From NCBI GenBank assembly GCA_040754625.1, contig JBFMCF010000054.1, positions 548 through 64,547 on the forward strand: 64,000 nucleotides of DNA. The letters are read 5' to 3'. This DNA comes from a bacterium. Lineage in GTDB: Bacteria; JACRDZ01; JAQUKH01. Below the pieces are notes generated by a model. The model had not been told where the DNA came from and did not search any database. It was given only the letters and a program-made list of their open reading frames with translations. Shown here piece by piece: positions 39,300 to 49,351 of the stretch; position 1 is the first letter of the stretch, and the number at the start of each line of letters is the position of its first letter. The position numbers and the translations under genes were made by a program.

Positions 39300-40547
39300 T
39301 CATTTTTCATTTAATTTACCCTGCAATCTATCCGCTATGAATTTCGGCAATCTCGCTTTTATATCCACCCCGTTCTCGGTAAATTCCTTTTCCAATATCT
39401 CACCATGCGCGGATATTTCACTCGCGATATCCATACGGCTGAAAGGAATAGATAATTTTATTGTGGTGTTGAGATAGTCCAATTTCCGCGTGAGTAAACA
39501 AAGCAGATTATCCAGCCCTTCGCCTGTTTTGCATGAAACAGCGACTGAATCGGGAAATTCATCTTTCATTCTTTCAATGAATTTTTTTGATGGGGTCTGG
39601 TCAGTCTTGTTCAGGACATTTATAACCGGTTTTTTATCCGCTCCCAATTCCTGCAGGACATTGTTTACAGATTTAAACTTTTCGTTTAATAAATGCGAGG
39701 AAACATCAATAACATGTATAAGAATATCAGCGCCCTGGACTTCTTCCAGTGTGGCCTTAAAAGATTCGATTAAACCATGAGGAAGGTTGTGAAGAAAACC
39801 GACGGTATCCGTCAGAAGAACGTCCTGGTTATTCGGCAGGGACAATCTTCTTGTTACGGCGTCTAACGTGCTGAAAAGGCGGTTATCCACCAATACATCT
39901 GATTTTGTCAGGGCGTTAAGAAGTGAAGATTTGCCGGCGTTTGTATATCCCACAAGGCTTATCAAAGGCAGTGCGTTACGCCTTCTCTGTGTCCTCAAAT
40001 TATCCCTTCTTTTGCGTAAAATATCCAGCCTGGATTTCAAATGTGAAATTTTTTCTTTAATCCTTCTGCGGTCAATTTCCAGTTTCTGCTCACCCGGCCC
40101 GCGGGTCCCTATCCCGCCGCCCAGACGCGAAAGTTCAATCCCTTTCCCGGACAGCCGCGGCAGCAAATAATTTAACTGCGCCAGCTCAACCTGTATCTTT
40201 CCTTCATTGCTCTTCGCGCGCCCCGCGAAAACGTCAAGGATCAGCTGTGTCCTGTCGATTACCTTTATATCAACAATGTCTTCGATTTCTCTCTGCTGGG
40301 CCGGTGACAGGTCACAGTCAAAAATTACGACTTCCGTGCCCAATTCCCCGGCCCTGCCGTTTATTTCATAAACCTTACCCTTACCGATATAATATGAGGC
40401 ATTTATTTCCTTAAGCGGGCAAACCAGCAAATCCGAGACCTCCCCTCCGGCTGAAACCACTAAAGACATCAATTCCGACTTGACATCTTCAATATCCCAC
40501 TCGTCTCTTTTACTGATATGAGGAATAACTAACAGCGCTTTTTCCAT
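39300..40547 (-). CDS. hflX: GTPase HflX
   Basis: 415 aa. HflX N-domain plus G-domain (GYTNAGKSS, DTVGF). Confidence 0.9.
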   Translation of the reverse strand: MEKALLVIPHISKRDEWDIEDVKSELMSLVVSAGGEVSDLLVCPLKEINASYYIGKGKVYEINGRAGELGTEVVIFDCDLSPAQQREIEDIVDIKVIDRTQLILDVFAGRAKSNEGKIQVELAQLNYLLPRLSGKGIELSRLGGGIGTRGPGEQKLEIDRRRIKEKISHLKSRLDILRKRRDNLRTQRRRNALPLISLVGYTNAGKSSLLNALTKSDVLVDNRLFSTLDAVTRRLSLPNNQDVLLTDTVGFLHNLPHGLIESFKATLEEVQGADILIHVIDVSSHLLNEKFKSVNNVLQELGADKKPVINVLNKTDQTPSKKFIERMKDEFPDSVAVSCKTGEGLDNLLCLLTRKLDYLNTTIKLSIPFSRMDIASEISAHGEILEKEFTENGVDIKARLPKFIADRLQGKLNEK

Positions 40548-40701
40548 AATTTTAATGTCATTAAATATAGCTGCTAAAACTCATGTGTGATTTTTTGTCC
40601 GGCCTTTGGCTATTCAAAATAAATATTTTTTTATTATCCAGGTTTTTGTATAACGCAGATGATACCAATTATTTCTTTTTTAAACAATAGATATTTTCTG
40701 C

Positions 40702-40729
40702 TTGACAAATGTTTTTTTTGGTTTATAAT
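40702..40729 (+). promoter_or_regulatory. near-consensus sigma70-type promoter (TTGACA-16nt-TATAAT)
   Basis: Read directly: TTGACA at 40702-40707 and TATAAT at 40724-40729, about 40 nt upstream of the ATG at 40769. Confidence 0.5.
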
Positions 40730-40730
40730 T

Positions 40731-40748
40731 GTAGTCAAAATTGACTAC
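40731..40748 (+). promoter_or_regulatory. perfect palindrome GTAGTCAA-AA-TTGACTAC between the -10 box and the start codon (candidate autoregulatory operator)
   Basis: 8-bp inverted repeat with a 2-nt spacer, overlapping the predicted transcription start. Confidence 0.4.
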
Positions 40749-40768
40749 AATAATATTAAGAGAAAAAA

Positions 40769-41341
40769 ATGGATTTATTGAGCCTCGGCCGTTCAAAATT
40801 AAGAGAAGCTATATTCAGGCTTTATTTTGTCGCTCCTGAGAGTGAATATTATCTTCGCCAACTGGAGAAAATTCTGAAAGCAGCCGTCGGCAATATCCGC
40901 CGGGAACTGCTTAAACTTAAAAAAACAGGCCTTTTTTTGTCCCGTAAGAAAGGACACAAGGATTTCTATTATCTAAACAAGAAATATCCCCTCTTTAATG
41001 AATTAAAACAGATTGTAAACAAAACAATCGGACTTGTCGACAAAATCAAAAAAGAAATAAATAAAATACCCGGTATCGAGACAGCTTTTATATACGGCCC
41101 GGTTGCCAGGGGTGAAAATAATCTTAAAGCTGAAGTTTTTATTTTTATCATAGGACAGGCAGACAAAAAAAAATTATCAATACTCATCCGCAAATTGGAA
41201 AAAATTTTAAAACGAAAAATAAATACATTTGTTACGGGCAGAAAAAAATTTATTTTTAAAAAAGACACAAAAGATTTTTTTATCTTCGACCTTTTAAAAC
41301 GGCCGAAAATTTTTCTCATCGGGGACGCGAAACGGTTATAA
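40769..41341 (+). CDS. wHTH plus degenerate nucleotidyltransferase-fold protein
   Basis: 190 aa. An N-terminal wHTH-like region and a ...FIYGPVARGE... minimal NTase-like motif lacking the DxD. Confidence 0.5.
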   Translation: MDLLSLGRSKLREAIFRLYFVAPESEYYLRQLEKILKAAVGNIRRELLKLKKTGLFLSRKKGHKDFYYLNKKYPLFNELKQIVNKTIGLVDKIKKEINKIPGIETAFIYGPVARGENNLKAEVFIFIIGQADKKKLSILIRKLEKILKRKINTFVTGRKKFIFKKDTKDFFIFDLLKRPKIFLIGDAKRL

Positions 41342-41357
41342 TAATAGAGGAGGATTA

Positions 41358-42392
41358 ATGAAAAACGATGTTATTCTAAAAGCCTGCCGCATGGAAAAAA
41401 CTCCATTTACACCTGTCTGGTTTATGAGACAGGCGGGAAGATATATGGAAGAATACAGGAAAATACGCGAGAACTATTCTTTTATCGAGATGTGTAAAAA
41501 TCCGGAAATCGCGTGTGAAGTAACATTACAGCCTGTCCGAAAAATCCCTCTTGACGCGGCGATTATTTTCGCTGATATTCTCCTGCCGCTTGAAGGAATG
41601 GGGATTGATTTTTACTTTGGCAGGAATGAAGGCCCTGTGATAAAAAATCCAATCAACACAAAGTCCGACATAGAAAAAATAAGAATAATTGAACCTGAAA
41701 AAGACGTGGCTTATCTCTTAAAGGCAATAAAACTGGTCAAAAAAGAACTTGACGGGAAAATACCTCTTATCGGTTTTTCAGGCGCTCCTTTCACACTGGC
41801 AAGTTATATGATTGAAGGCGGCCATTCACGCGATTATCTTAAAACAAAAATAATGATGTATAACGAACCCGTATCATGGCATAAAATGATGGACAAACTT
41901 TCTGAAATAATAATTATTTATCTCTCAGCCCAGATAGAAAGCGGTGTTGACCTTATCCAGCTTTTTGACAGCTGGATAGGATGCCTGTCGGAAAATGACT
42001 ATGAAAAATTTGTTATGCCGTATTCAGAAAAAATATTCAAGGCCGTGAAAAAACAGAATGTTCCGGCCATTCATTTCGGCACAGGGACAAGCCACCTGCT
42101 GGAGTTGATGAAAAAAGCAGGCGGCGATGTCCTCGGTATCGACTGGAGGATAAACCTGGATGAAGCATGGCAAAAACTGGGTAAGGATACGGCTGTACAA
42201 GGGAACCTTGACCCATCCGTGCTTTTCGCGCGGCCATCCGAAATAAAAAAGCGTGTAAAACAAATTTTAAACTTTGCAGATAACCGGCCCGGCCATATAT
42301 TTAATCTCGGGCACGGAATTTTACAGGGAACACCTGTGGAAAATGTAATCCTTTTAGCAAATACAGTCCATGAATACAGTAAAAGCAAATAA
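41358..42392 (+). CDS. hemE: uroporphyrinogen decarboxylase
   Basis: 344 aa. ...TPVWFMRQAGRYMEEY... is the canonical HemE signature. Confidence 0.9.
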   Translation: MKNDVILKACRMEKTPFTPVWFMRQAGRYMEEYRKIRENYSFIEMCKNPEIACEVTLQPVRKIPLDAAIIFADILLPLEGMGIDFYFGRNEGPVIKNPINTKSDIEKIRIIEPEKDVAYLLKAIKLVKKELDGKIPLIGFSGAPFTLASYMIEGGHSRDYLKTKIMMYNEPVSWHKMMDKLSEIIIIYLSAQIESGVDLIQLFDSWIGCLSENDYEKFVMPYSEKIFKAVKKQNVPAIHFGTGTSHLLELMKKAGGDVLGIDWRINLDEAWQKLGKDTAVQGNLDPSVLFARPSEIKKRVKQILNFADNRPGHIFNLGHGILQGTPVENVILLANTVHEYSKSK

Positions 42393-43305
42393 AAAAATCG
42401 CGGTATTACTTTTAGCCTTCGGCGGACCGGTTTCTTCTGAAGAAGTCGAACCGTTTATTAAAAATGTGACCGGGGGGGAAATTGCTCCTGATAAAATACA
42501 GATGGTTTTAGAACGTTACAAAAAAATCGGCGGGAAGTCCCCTTTGCTGGAAATAACCCAGAAACAGGCGGACTTGCTGCAGGAAATGCTAAACCAAAAT
42601 GAAAACAGGTTCTTGGTCTTTGTAGGTATGAGATACTGGCGTCCTTTTATCGCCGACACCTTAAAAACAATAATCTCAAATGAGATAGAAAAAATTATCG
42701 TCCTCCCGATGACACCTTATTATTCCAGGGCAAGCACCGGCGGTTATTATAATGATTTTCTGAAAAGCCTGTCCCAATCTGATAAAAAGGCAGATTATAT
42801 TTTTATAAAAAACTGGCATGACCACCCCTTGTTTATAAAAGCCTTCACCGAATCAATTATTGAACAAAAAAATAAATTTTTAAATAAAGACCCTGAAATT
42901 ATTTTCAGCGCCCATAGTATCCCTGAGAAATTTATTAATGAAGGCGATCCCTATGTATCACAGATAAAAGAAACCATAGAGGCCGTTTTAAAAAACACAG
43001 GTCTTGCCAGGTGGCACCTCGCATTTCAAAGCAGGGGCTTAAGTTCTATGGAATGGATTGGGCCCGAAGTGTCTTATGTTTTAGAAAAAATTAAAAACAC
43101 AAATAAAAAAGATGTCCTGCTTGTTCCTATCGGGTTCATTTCCGACCATATTGAAACATTGTATGATATTGATATTTTATATAAAAACGAAGCTTCAAGA
43201 CTTGGTTTAAATTTTAGAAGAGTACCTTCTCTGAATACAAATCCGACCTTTATTAAATCGCTGGAAGGATTGGTAAGAGGATACTTGCAGGAGGATTTAA
43301 AATAA
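42370..43305 (+). CDS. hemH: ferrochelatase (or coproporphyrin ferrochelatase)
   Basis: 311 aa. ...VLLLAFGGP... N-terminus. Confidence 0.9.
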   Translation: MNTVKANKKIAVLLLAFGGPVSSEEVEPFIKNVTGGEIAPDKIQMVLERYKKIGGKSPLLEITQKQADLLQEMLNQNENRFLVFVGMRYWRPFIADTLKTIISNEIEKIIVLPMTPYYSRASTGGYYNDFLKSLSQSDKKADYIFIKNWHDHPLFIKAFTESIIEQKNKFLNKDPEIIFSAHSIPEKFINEGDPYVSQIKETIEAVLKNTGLARWHLAFQSRGLSSMEWIGPEVSYVLEKIKNTNKKDVLLVPIGFISDHIETLYDIDILYKNEASRLGLNFRRVPSLNTNPTFIKSLEGLVRGYLQEDLK

Positions 43306-43339
43306 ACCCCGCTCTTCCTAAAAAACTAAGAAGAACGGG
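43305..43339 (+). repeat. second copy of the CCCGCTCTTCC...GAAGA(A/G)CGGG hairpin family, after hemH
   Basis: AACCCCGCTCTTCCTAA-AAAACTA-AGAAGAACGGG. It has the same flanks and stem as the 19118..19175 element with a different loop. Confidence 0.35.
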
Positions 43340-43402
43340 ACACAAAAATTGATTGATATTTTTTTAAATCTAAAAGAATTAAATTAAGAAAGGAAGGGCG
43401 GG

Positions 43403-44839
43403 GTGAAACAAATAGCTATTATAGGCGGAGGGATCAGCGGGCTTTCAACGGCGTATTATTTGAAAAAATTCCTAAAAGCCAAAAAAACCGACACGCAGAT
43501 CCATATACTGGAAAAAGAAACCAACCTGGGAGGAAACATCATAACTGAAAATAAAAACGGTTTTATCATAGAGGGCGGCCCTGACTGTTTTATATCAGAA
43601 AAACCATGGGCGTTAAAATTATGCAGGGAACTTGGGCTTGAAGCGGAACTTTCCGGGACTAACGAGGAAAATAAAAAAACATTCATCCTTGTCAATAAAA
43701 AACTAATCGAAATGCCTGAAGGATTAATGTTAATGATACCGACAAAAATCAAACCTTTTTTAAAAACACCGCTAATTTCACTTAAAGGAAAAATAAGAAT
43801 GGGAATGGACCTTTTTATTCCCGTAAAAAAAGACGGTACAGATGAATCACTGGGAAGTTTTGTCCGGAGGCGTTTAGGACAGGAGGCCCTGGATAAAATT
43901 GCTGAACCCCTCGTTGCCGGCATTCACGCCGGAGACCCTGAAACAATGAGCCTGAAAAATACCTTTCCCAGGTTTCTTGAAATGGAACAAAAATACGGTT
44001 CGCTGATAAAAGGAATGATTGCACGGATGAATGAAGCACAGAAGTTCACAAAAAAAACGGAAACAGGAAGTCCCAAAGTAACGTTGTTTATGACATTAAA
44101 TGAAGGCTTGATGCAATTGATAGACGCGTTAAAATTGAACCTGTTGGACAACACAAAAATTATGATAAAAAACAATGCCCTGTCCATTGACAAAATTACT
44201 AATGGAAATAAAGTATCATATAACATTAAAACCGATGTCTTCACGTTAAAAGATATTGATATTGTTGTTTTGACTACCCCCGCGTATATTACTTCCGGAT
44301 TAATCAAAAATTTCGACAATGAACTTTCAGCCATACTTGAAAATTTTCCCTATGTTTCCGCGGCGACCGTTTCAATCGGATTCAGGCGAAAACACATACA
44401 ACATCCTCTCCATGGATTTGGTTTCGTGGTCCCAAAGACTGAAAGAAGAAAGATTATGGCGACCACATGGACATCATCAAAATTCCCGCACCGCTGTAAT
44501 AAAGATTACGTCCTGATGCGGGGTTTTTTGGGTGGAGCGGCAAATGAAAAAATGGCTGAACTGGAGGAAAAAGAAATGGTTGAAACTGTATTGAATGAAT
44601 GGAAGGTAATAATGGGTATTTCCGCCGAACCCGTCCTTCAAAAATCATACCGCTGGATAAAGGGCATGCCCCAGTATGTTATCGGCCATGAAACCACAGT
44701 TGAAAAAATTGAGAAATTATCTTCCAGGCACCAGGGACTTATTATTAACGGGAATTATCTAAGAGGGGTCGGGATTGCCGACTGCATTCATAATTCGGAA
44801 TTAATCGCGCTAAAAATCGCGGAAACAATAATTCAATAA
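43403..44839 (+). CDS. hemY: protoporphyrinogen/coproporphyrinogen III oxidase (HemY/CgoX family)
   Basis: 478 aa. FAD-binding motif IAIIGGGISGLSTAYYL. Confidence 0.85.
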   Translation: MKQIAIIGGGISGLSTAYYLKKFLKAKKTDTQIHILEKETNLGGNIITENKNGFIIEGGPDCFISEKPWALKLCRELGLEAELSGTNEENKKTFILVNKKLIEMPEGLMLMIPTKIKPFLKTPLISLKGKIRMGMDLFIPVKKDGTDESLGSFVRRRLGQEALDKIAEPLVAGIHAGDPETMSLKNTFPRFLEMEQKYGSLIKGMIARMNEAQKFTKKTETGSPKVTLFMTLNEGLMQLIDALKLNLLDNTKIMIKNNALSIDKITNGNKVSYNIKTDVFTLKDIDIVVLTTPAYITSGLIKNFDNELSAILENFPYVSAATVSIGFRRKHIQHPLHGFGFVVPKTERRKIMATTWTSSKFPHRCNKDYVLMRGFLGGAANEKMAELEEKEMVETVLNEWKVIMGISAEPVLQKSYRWIKGMPQYVIGHETTVEKIEKLSSRHQGLIINGNYLRGVGIADCIHNSELIALKIAETIIQ

Positions 44840-44856
44840 ATAACGCTGCCGGAATA

Positions 44857-44881
44857 AACAAAGGTTTTTTTACCCTTTGTT
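44857..44881. terminator. putative bidirectional terminator hairpin between convergent hemY and ubiB
   Basis: AACAAAGG-TTTTTTTA-CCTTTGTT stem-loop with U/A runs on both strands. Overlaps the ubiB stop codon. Confidence 0.3.
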
Positions 44882-46555
44882 ATAACTGATAATGGACACA
44901 ATCAGGAAAACTGTTATAAAACCGACACCGCAATAGCCAAGCAGTGTTAAAAAAGGCACCCCGAACAAAATAGGGGCAGTGGTATTTTGTAAAACAATGG
45001 CTGACGCTATGGCAAGGCCGGCGATAATGATACCGATTGAAATTTTGTTTCCAAGCCGGTCAATCTCCGCCTCAATTTTTTTGTCCATCGGATTTGTAAT
45101 TTCAAATCTTAAGCCCCCTGTCTGGACTTTCCTGAGAATCTGCTTGATTTGCTTTGGAAATTCGCGGGATGTATCTGTTAGATCAAAAATTAATTTTAAT
45201 AACCCGCTGCTTAAATCTTTGAAACTGAATTTTTTCTTCAACAGGTCAAACGCGTAAGGTTTAGTCGTTTCGATAATATTCATGTCCGGCTTTAGTTTTC
45301 TTGTAATATTCTCAAGTATCGCAAGTGACCGCATCAAAAGCAGGAAATCGACATTAACGCGGATTTTATATTTCTGGGCGTTATTAAGGGTATCCATGAA
45401 GACATCGGAAATTTTAAATTGTTTTATAGGAACATCCAGGTGCCTTTCCATATACGCGACGATATCTTTATGGAAAGAAACATAATCAATCGGCTGTGTC
45501 ATCATGCCAAGTTTAATATAGGCGTCCACTATTTTTTCAAAATCGCGGGTGACAATCCCGACAAATACCTGTGAAAAATTTTCTTTTAATTCCCTGTGCA
45601 GGTACCCGACCATCCCGCAGTCAAGGATTAAGATTTTCCCTTCCGGTGAAATAAGTATATTTCCCATGTGAGGGTCCGCATGGAAAAACCCGTCTTCAAA
45701 AAACTGTTTAAGGTAAGCATAAATTATTTTCTCGGCCAGCTTCCCTTTATCTATTTTATATTGCTTGAATTTTTCTTCATCGTCAAGCCTGAAACCGGAG
45801 AGTCTTTCAAGCGTCAACACGCGCGATGTGGTATAATCCCACCACACATTGGAAAAACAGATATCGGGGTCATTCCTAAAATTGTTATGCAATTTTTCCG
45901 TGTTGCTCGCCTCAATGATAAAATCCATTTCCCGCCGTATCGAATTATCGAATTCTTCAACCAGCAATAACGGTTCGAACAGCCTGTCATCCCCTAATTT
46001 CTTTTCAATATAATTGGCAATCATATAGAGAATACGGATATCCGTCAAAATCTTCTTCTGTATCCCGGGCCGCTGCACTTTAACAACCACTTCTTCACCG
46101 GTGTTTAACACCGCGTAATGCACCTGGGAAATGGACGCGGCCGCGGCCGGTTTTTTATTAAAACTTTTAAAAATTTTTTCAACAGGCTGGCCAAGCTCAT
46201 CTTCAATTATTTTCTTTACCTCTTCATAATCAAACGGCTTCACCCTGTCCTGGAGCCTTGTAAAAGCCTCGATAAAATCCTGAGGCAGCAAATCCGGGCG
46301 GGTACTCATGATCTGGCCGAATTTAATAAACGTGGGGCCTAACTCCTCAAAAACCAAAGTAAGCCGTTCCGCGGGCGTAAGATTAATTTCTTTTTCAGGC
46401 AATTTCTCTATTTTTAATCCGAAAATCCTCTTGCCGAAAGAAAGATATTTATCTAAATTTAAAAAAGATACTGCCTGTCCGAAACCATGTTTGATTAAAA
46501 CATTTACTATCTGCCGGACACGCTCCAAGTTACTGTAAGTTTCACTTAAATTCAC
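44870..46555 (-). CDS. ubiB: UbiB/ABC1-family atypical kinase
   Basis: 561 aa with an ABC1 kinase-like core and C-terminal TM segments. Confidence 0.85.
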   Translation of the reverse strand: MNLSETYSNLERVRQIVNVLIKHGFGQAVSFLNLDKYLSFGKRIFGLKIEKLPEKEINLTPAERLTLVFEELGPTFIKFGQIMSTRPDLLPQDFIEAFTRLQDRVKPFDYEEVKKIIEDELGQPVEKIFKSFNKKPAAAASISQVHYAVLNTGEEVVVKVQRPGIQKKILTDIRILYMIANYIEKKLGDDRLFEPLLLVEEFDNSIRREMDFIIEASNTEKLHNNFRNDPDICFSNVWWDYTTSRVLTLERLSGFRLDDEEKFKQYKIDKGKLAEKIIYAYLKQFFEDGFFHADPHMGNILISPEGKILILDCGMVGYLHRELKENFSQVFVGIVTRDFEKIVDAYIKLGMMTQPIDYVSFHKDIVAYMERHLDVPIKQFKISDVFMDTLNNAQKYKIRVNVDFLLLMRSLAILENITRKLKPDMNIIETTKPYAFDLLKKKFSFKDLSSGLLKLIFDLTDTSREFPKQIKQILRKVQTGGLRFEITNPMDKKIEAEIDRLGNKISIGIIIAGLAIASAIVLQNTTAPILFGVPFLTLLGYCGVGFITVFLIVSIISYNKG

Positions 46556-46582
46556 AGGACTATGCCTTTCGCTTTATATATT

Positions 46583-46879
46583 TTATTTGTTTTTCAGGAC
46601 TGCTTCCAGTTTTTCAATTCTTTTTTCTAATTTTTCGATATCCTGCTGTGTCGCAAGTTTAGCTTTTTTAAAAATTTGTTCAAGTTGTTCCTGGATCTTT
46701 TCTTCAACGAATTTTTTATTTTCTTCAACCTGGCTTAACAGGCTTTTCACAGCGCCTTTCCCTTCCTGCTCCGAAATCTCCCCTTTTTTAACCAGCTCAT
46801 CAACAATCTTGGAGACCTTTTCTTCCGTAAGGGCCGCGACCCCCAAACCCGCCATAAAAAGTTTTTTTACAATATCCAT
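46583..46879 (-). CDS. phasin-like coiled-coil protein
   Basis: 98 aa. ...LFMAGLGVAALTEEKV... resembles the phasin/PHA-granule-associated family. Confidence 0.4.
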   Translation of the reverse strand: MDIVKKLFMAGLGVAALTEEKVSKIVDELVKKGEISEQEGKGAVKSLLSQVEENKKFVEEKIQEQLEQIFKKAKLATQQDIEKLEKRIEKLEAVLKNK

Positions 46880-47005
46880 TTTGTCCTCCTGTTTTAAATT
46901 TTTAACCTTTTGTATATATTATAACTCCGGAGAAAAAATATTCAATCGAAAAATTATTTTATAAACAGTAAAAATAAGTTATAATTAGCGGCAAGAGATT
47001 CTAAA

Positions 47006-47653
47006 ATGGCTGAATTATCAAAAACCGGTAAATTGCAAATAATAGAGGATAAACTGCAGAATTGTTTCAGATGCGAAATTTCAAAATCCAGGAACAATCT
47101 TGTTTTTGGAACGGGAAATCCCGATACCAGGATTATGTTTATAGGTGAAGCCCCCGGGCGCGACGAAGACTTGCAGGGTAAACCGTTTGTCGGGCGCGCG
47201 GGACAGCTTTTGACAAAAATAATCGAGTCGATTGGATTAAAAAGGGAAGAAGTATATATCGCCAATATTCTTAAATGCCGTCCCCCTAATAACCGCGACC
47301 CCGAACCTGATGAAATAAATAACTGCGAACAATTCTTGAAACAGCAGATAGAAATTATCCAGCCTGAAATTATATGCAGCCTCGGGAGAATTTCCGCACA
47401 GGCTTTGCTAAAGACACAAGCACCAATTTCAAGGCTCCGCGGACAATTCTTCATCTATGAAAATATAAAACTAATCCCGACATTCCATCCTGCTTACCTT
47501 CTAAGAAATCCCCATGATAAAATAAAGGTGTGGGATGATATGAAAAAAATCAAAGAAATACTTGATAACCCCCGGCCAAACCGGACAACTCCGGAAACAA
47601 ATAAAGAACAAAAGCCGGAGAAAGAATTCTCAAAACAGCTGAATTTGTTTTAA
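47006..47653 (+). CDS. udg: uracil-DNA glycosylase, family 4
   Basis: 215 aa. ...GEAPGRDEDLQGKPFVGRAGQLL... motif. Confidence 0.85.
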   Translation: MAELSKTGKLQIIEDKLQNCFRCEISKSRNNLVFGTGNPDTRIMFIGEAPGRDEDLQGKPFVGRAGQLLTKIIESIGLKREEVYIANILKCRPPNNRDPEPDEINNCEQFLKQQIEIIQPEIICSLGRISAQALLKTQAPISRLRGQFFIYENIKLIPTFHPAYLLRNPHDKIKVWDDMKKIKEILDNPRPNRTTPETNKEQKPEKEFSKQLNLF

Positions 47654-47675
47654 AAAGGCTAGTGCTCTGCTGATT

Positions 47676-48152
47676 TCACCTCGATATGTTTAAAACCTTA
47701 TATCTTAATATGCCGGCCGGGACTTTAATTTCCACCTTGTCATTCTTTTTGAGGCCCAATAGATTGTTTCCTATGGGCGAAGATATGGAAATCCTGCCCT
47801 CTGTAAAATCAGCCTCTACTTCCGAAACAAGGGTATATTCCAATTCCTCATTTGAGTCGAGGTCCTTCAGCTTAACTGTCGCGCCTATTAAAACTTCATC
47901 GTTGGAAATCTTTGAATCATCAAGTATCTGGGCACGGCTGAACTTATCCTGTAATTCAGAAATCCTTTTTTCGTTAAATGCCTGGGCCTCTTTTGCCGCG
48001 TCATACTCGGCATTTTCGCTTATATCCCCGTGGTCCCTTGCCGCGCCAATCTCTTTGGAAATTTCCCGCCGCCGCGTAGTTTGCAAATATTTAAGTTCTT
48101 TTCTTAATTTTTCATAACCTTCCTTGCTTAAATAAATTTTTCCTTTAGTCAT
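47676..48152 (-). CDS. greA: transcription elongation factor GreA
   Basis: 158 aa. ...GDISENAEYDAAKE... motif. Confidence 0.9.
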   Translation of the reverse strand: MTKGKIYLSKEGYEKLRKELKYLQTTRRREISKEIGAARDHGDISENAEYDAAKEAQAFNEKRISELQDKFSRAQILDDSKISNDEVLIGATVKLKDLDSNEELEYTLVSEVEADFTEGRISISSPIGNNLLGLKKNDKVEIKVPAGILRYKVLNISR

Positions 48153-48221
48153 ATGCGCTCCCTTTAATTAATGTCTTTGTTTAGTCAGCTTGTGATAATT
48201 TTTTAACGTGTTTTTTTATTT

Positions 48222-48569
48222 TTAAATTCCCATGTTCGACAAGATTCTCGCTATGGAATTGACTGTTTCTGTTAATTTGGGGTGGGAAACCTCCAATCCT
48301 TCAATAGATGCCGTTAAACCCTCCAGTGAAGATTTTATAAGATTGGGATTTTTTTCTTTTCTTGTTGTTTCGTGAGCACTTATTTCCGCGAAATGAGCAA
48401 TGCTTCGCGCGTCATCTTCGCGGTTTTCACGGAGCGCTGAAACTTCCGATTTCAAATCGGACAAAAGCCTGAGAAGTTCTTTTTTATTATCTTTGTTTAT
48501 AGTTTCCGATTCTCTGATTTTTTCTTCTATCTTTGTGATTGTGGTATTTACCATTTTGCTGTCCTCCAC
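48222..48569 (-). CDS. hypothetical coiled-coil protein
   Basis: 115-aa ORF. No family recognised. Confidence 0.35.
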   Translation of the reverse strand: MEDSKMVNTTITKIEEKIRESETINKDNKKELLRLLSDLKSEVSALRENREDDARSIAHFAEISAHETTRKEKNPNLIKSSLEGLTASIEGLEVSHPKLTETVNSIARILSNMGI

Positions 48570-48699
48570 TAGTTAAAGCTTATATGTTTATTATACCTTA
48601 ATTTTTTCAAATAATTAATAAAAAATAAAATTGGAAATATTATAGAAGTCGGTTCATTACGAAGTTTTTCAAAACATGTATCAAATTAACCTTTTATTA

Positions 48700-49161
48700 T
48701 TATTTCAAATAAAACCTGACACCGAACAAAATATCAAATTCACTTTTAGTGTCAGGTGAGACCTGAAAGAGAGGCGCGGCCTCTAAAAATAATTCTACAG
48801 GATGCTTCTCAAAGACATAATCCAGCCCGGCTGAAGTCCTTAAATACAGTTTATCAGAGTCCCTGTTTTCTTCGATCTTTAATCCAAACCCGGCATGCCC
48901 GCCCAACAAACCGTTTTGATCTTTAGAAAACAAATCCCACGCGTGCCAAAGGTAACCGCCGTATATTGCCGCATCATGTTTAAAACCTATCCCGAACTCA
49001 ACCGCGTTTTTCCTGCTGAACCGGTATTTTAATACCGGCCCTGTTTCGTGGCCGGCAGAAACACCCAGCCCAAGCGGTTTTTCAGAAACAGCCGGGACAT
49101 AATTATTTTCCAGGAACAATATCAATAAAGCAAAGACAAAATATAAAATTGATTTTCTCAT
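48700..49161 (-). CDS. small outer-membrane beta-barrel-like protein
   Basis: 153 aa with a signal peptide and alternating amphipathic strands. Confidence 0.45.
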   Translation of the reverse strand: MRKSILYFVFALLILFLENNYVPAVSEKPLGLGVSAGHETGPVLKYRFSRKNAVEFGIGFKHDAAIYGGYLWHAWDLFSKDQNGLLGGHAGFGLKIEENRDSDKLYLRTSAGLDYVFEKHPVELFLEAAPLFQVSPDTKSEFDILFGVRFYLK

Positions 49162-49190
49162 AGTTTGATTGTATCACATCACAATTATTT

Positions 49191-49217
49191 TTAGAAATAA
49201 TATATTAAACCTGAGCT
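49191..49217. repeat. 27-bp direct repeat TTAGAAATAATATATTAAACCTGAGCT, copy 1
   Basis: Identical to 50004..50030. The pair flanks the retropepsin-like gene and a TPR fragment. Confidence 0.7.
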
Positions 49218-49351
49218 CGTAAAAAGGAATAAATTCCCCAAGGTAATATACAAAATAACAATAAAGTTTATGGCTCTTGATTGGCAGAAAGTATCACCAG
49301 GAATCAACGTCCCTCCCTACTTCAGTCTGTTAAACTGTTAAAATTTTTAAT

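Noticed and set aside
42071-42388. Minus-strand ORFs inside hemE
   Set aside because: Antisense to hemE. Spurious.
43456-44334. Minus-strand ORFs inside hemY
   Set aside because: Antisense to hemY. Spurious.
46954-47454. 166-aa minus-strand ORF overlapping udg
   Set aside because: Antisense to a well-supported family-4 UDG gene.
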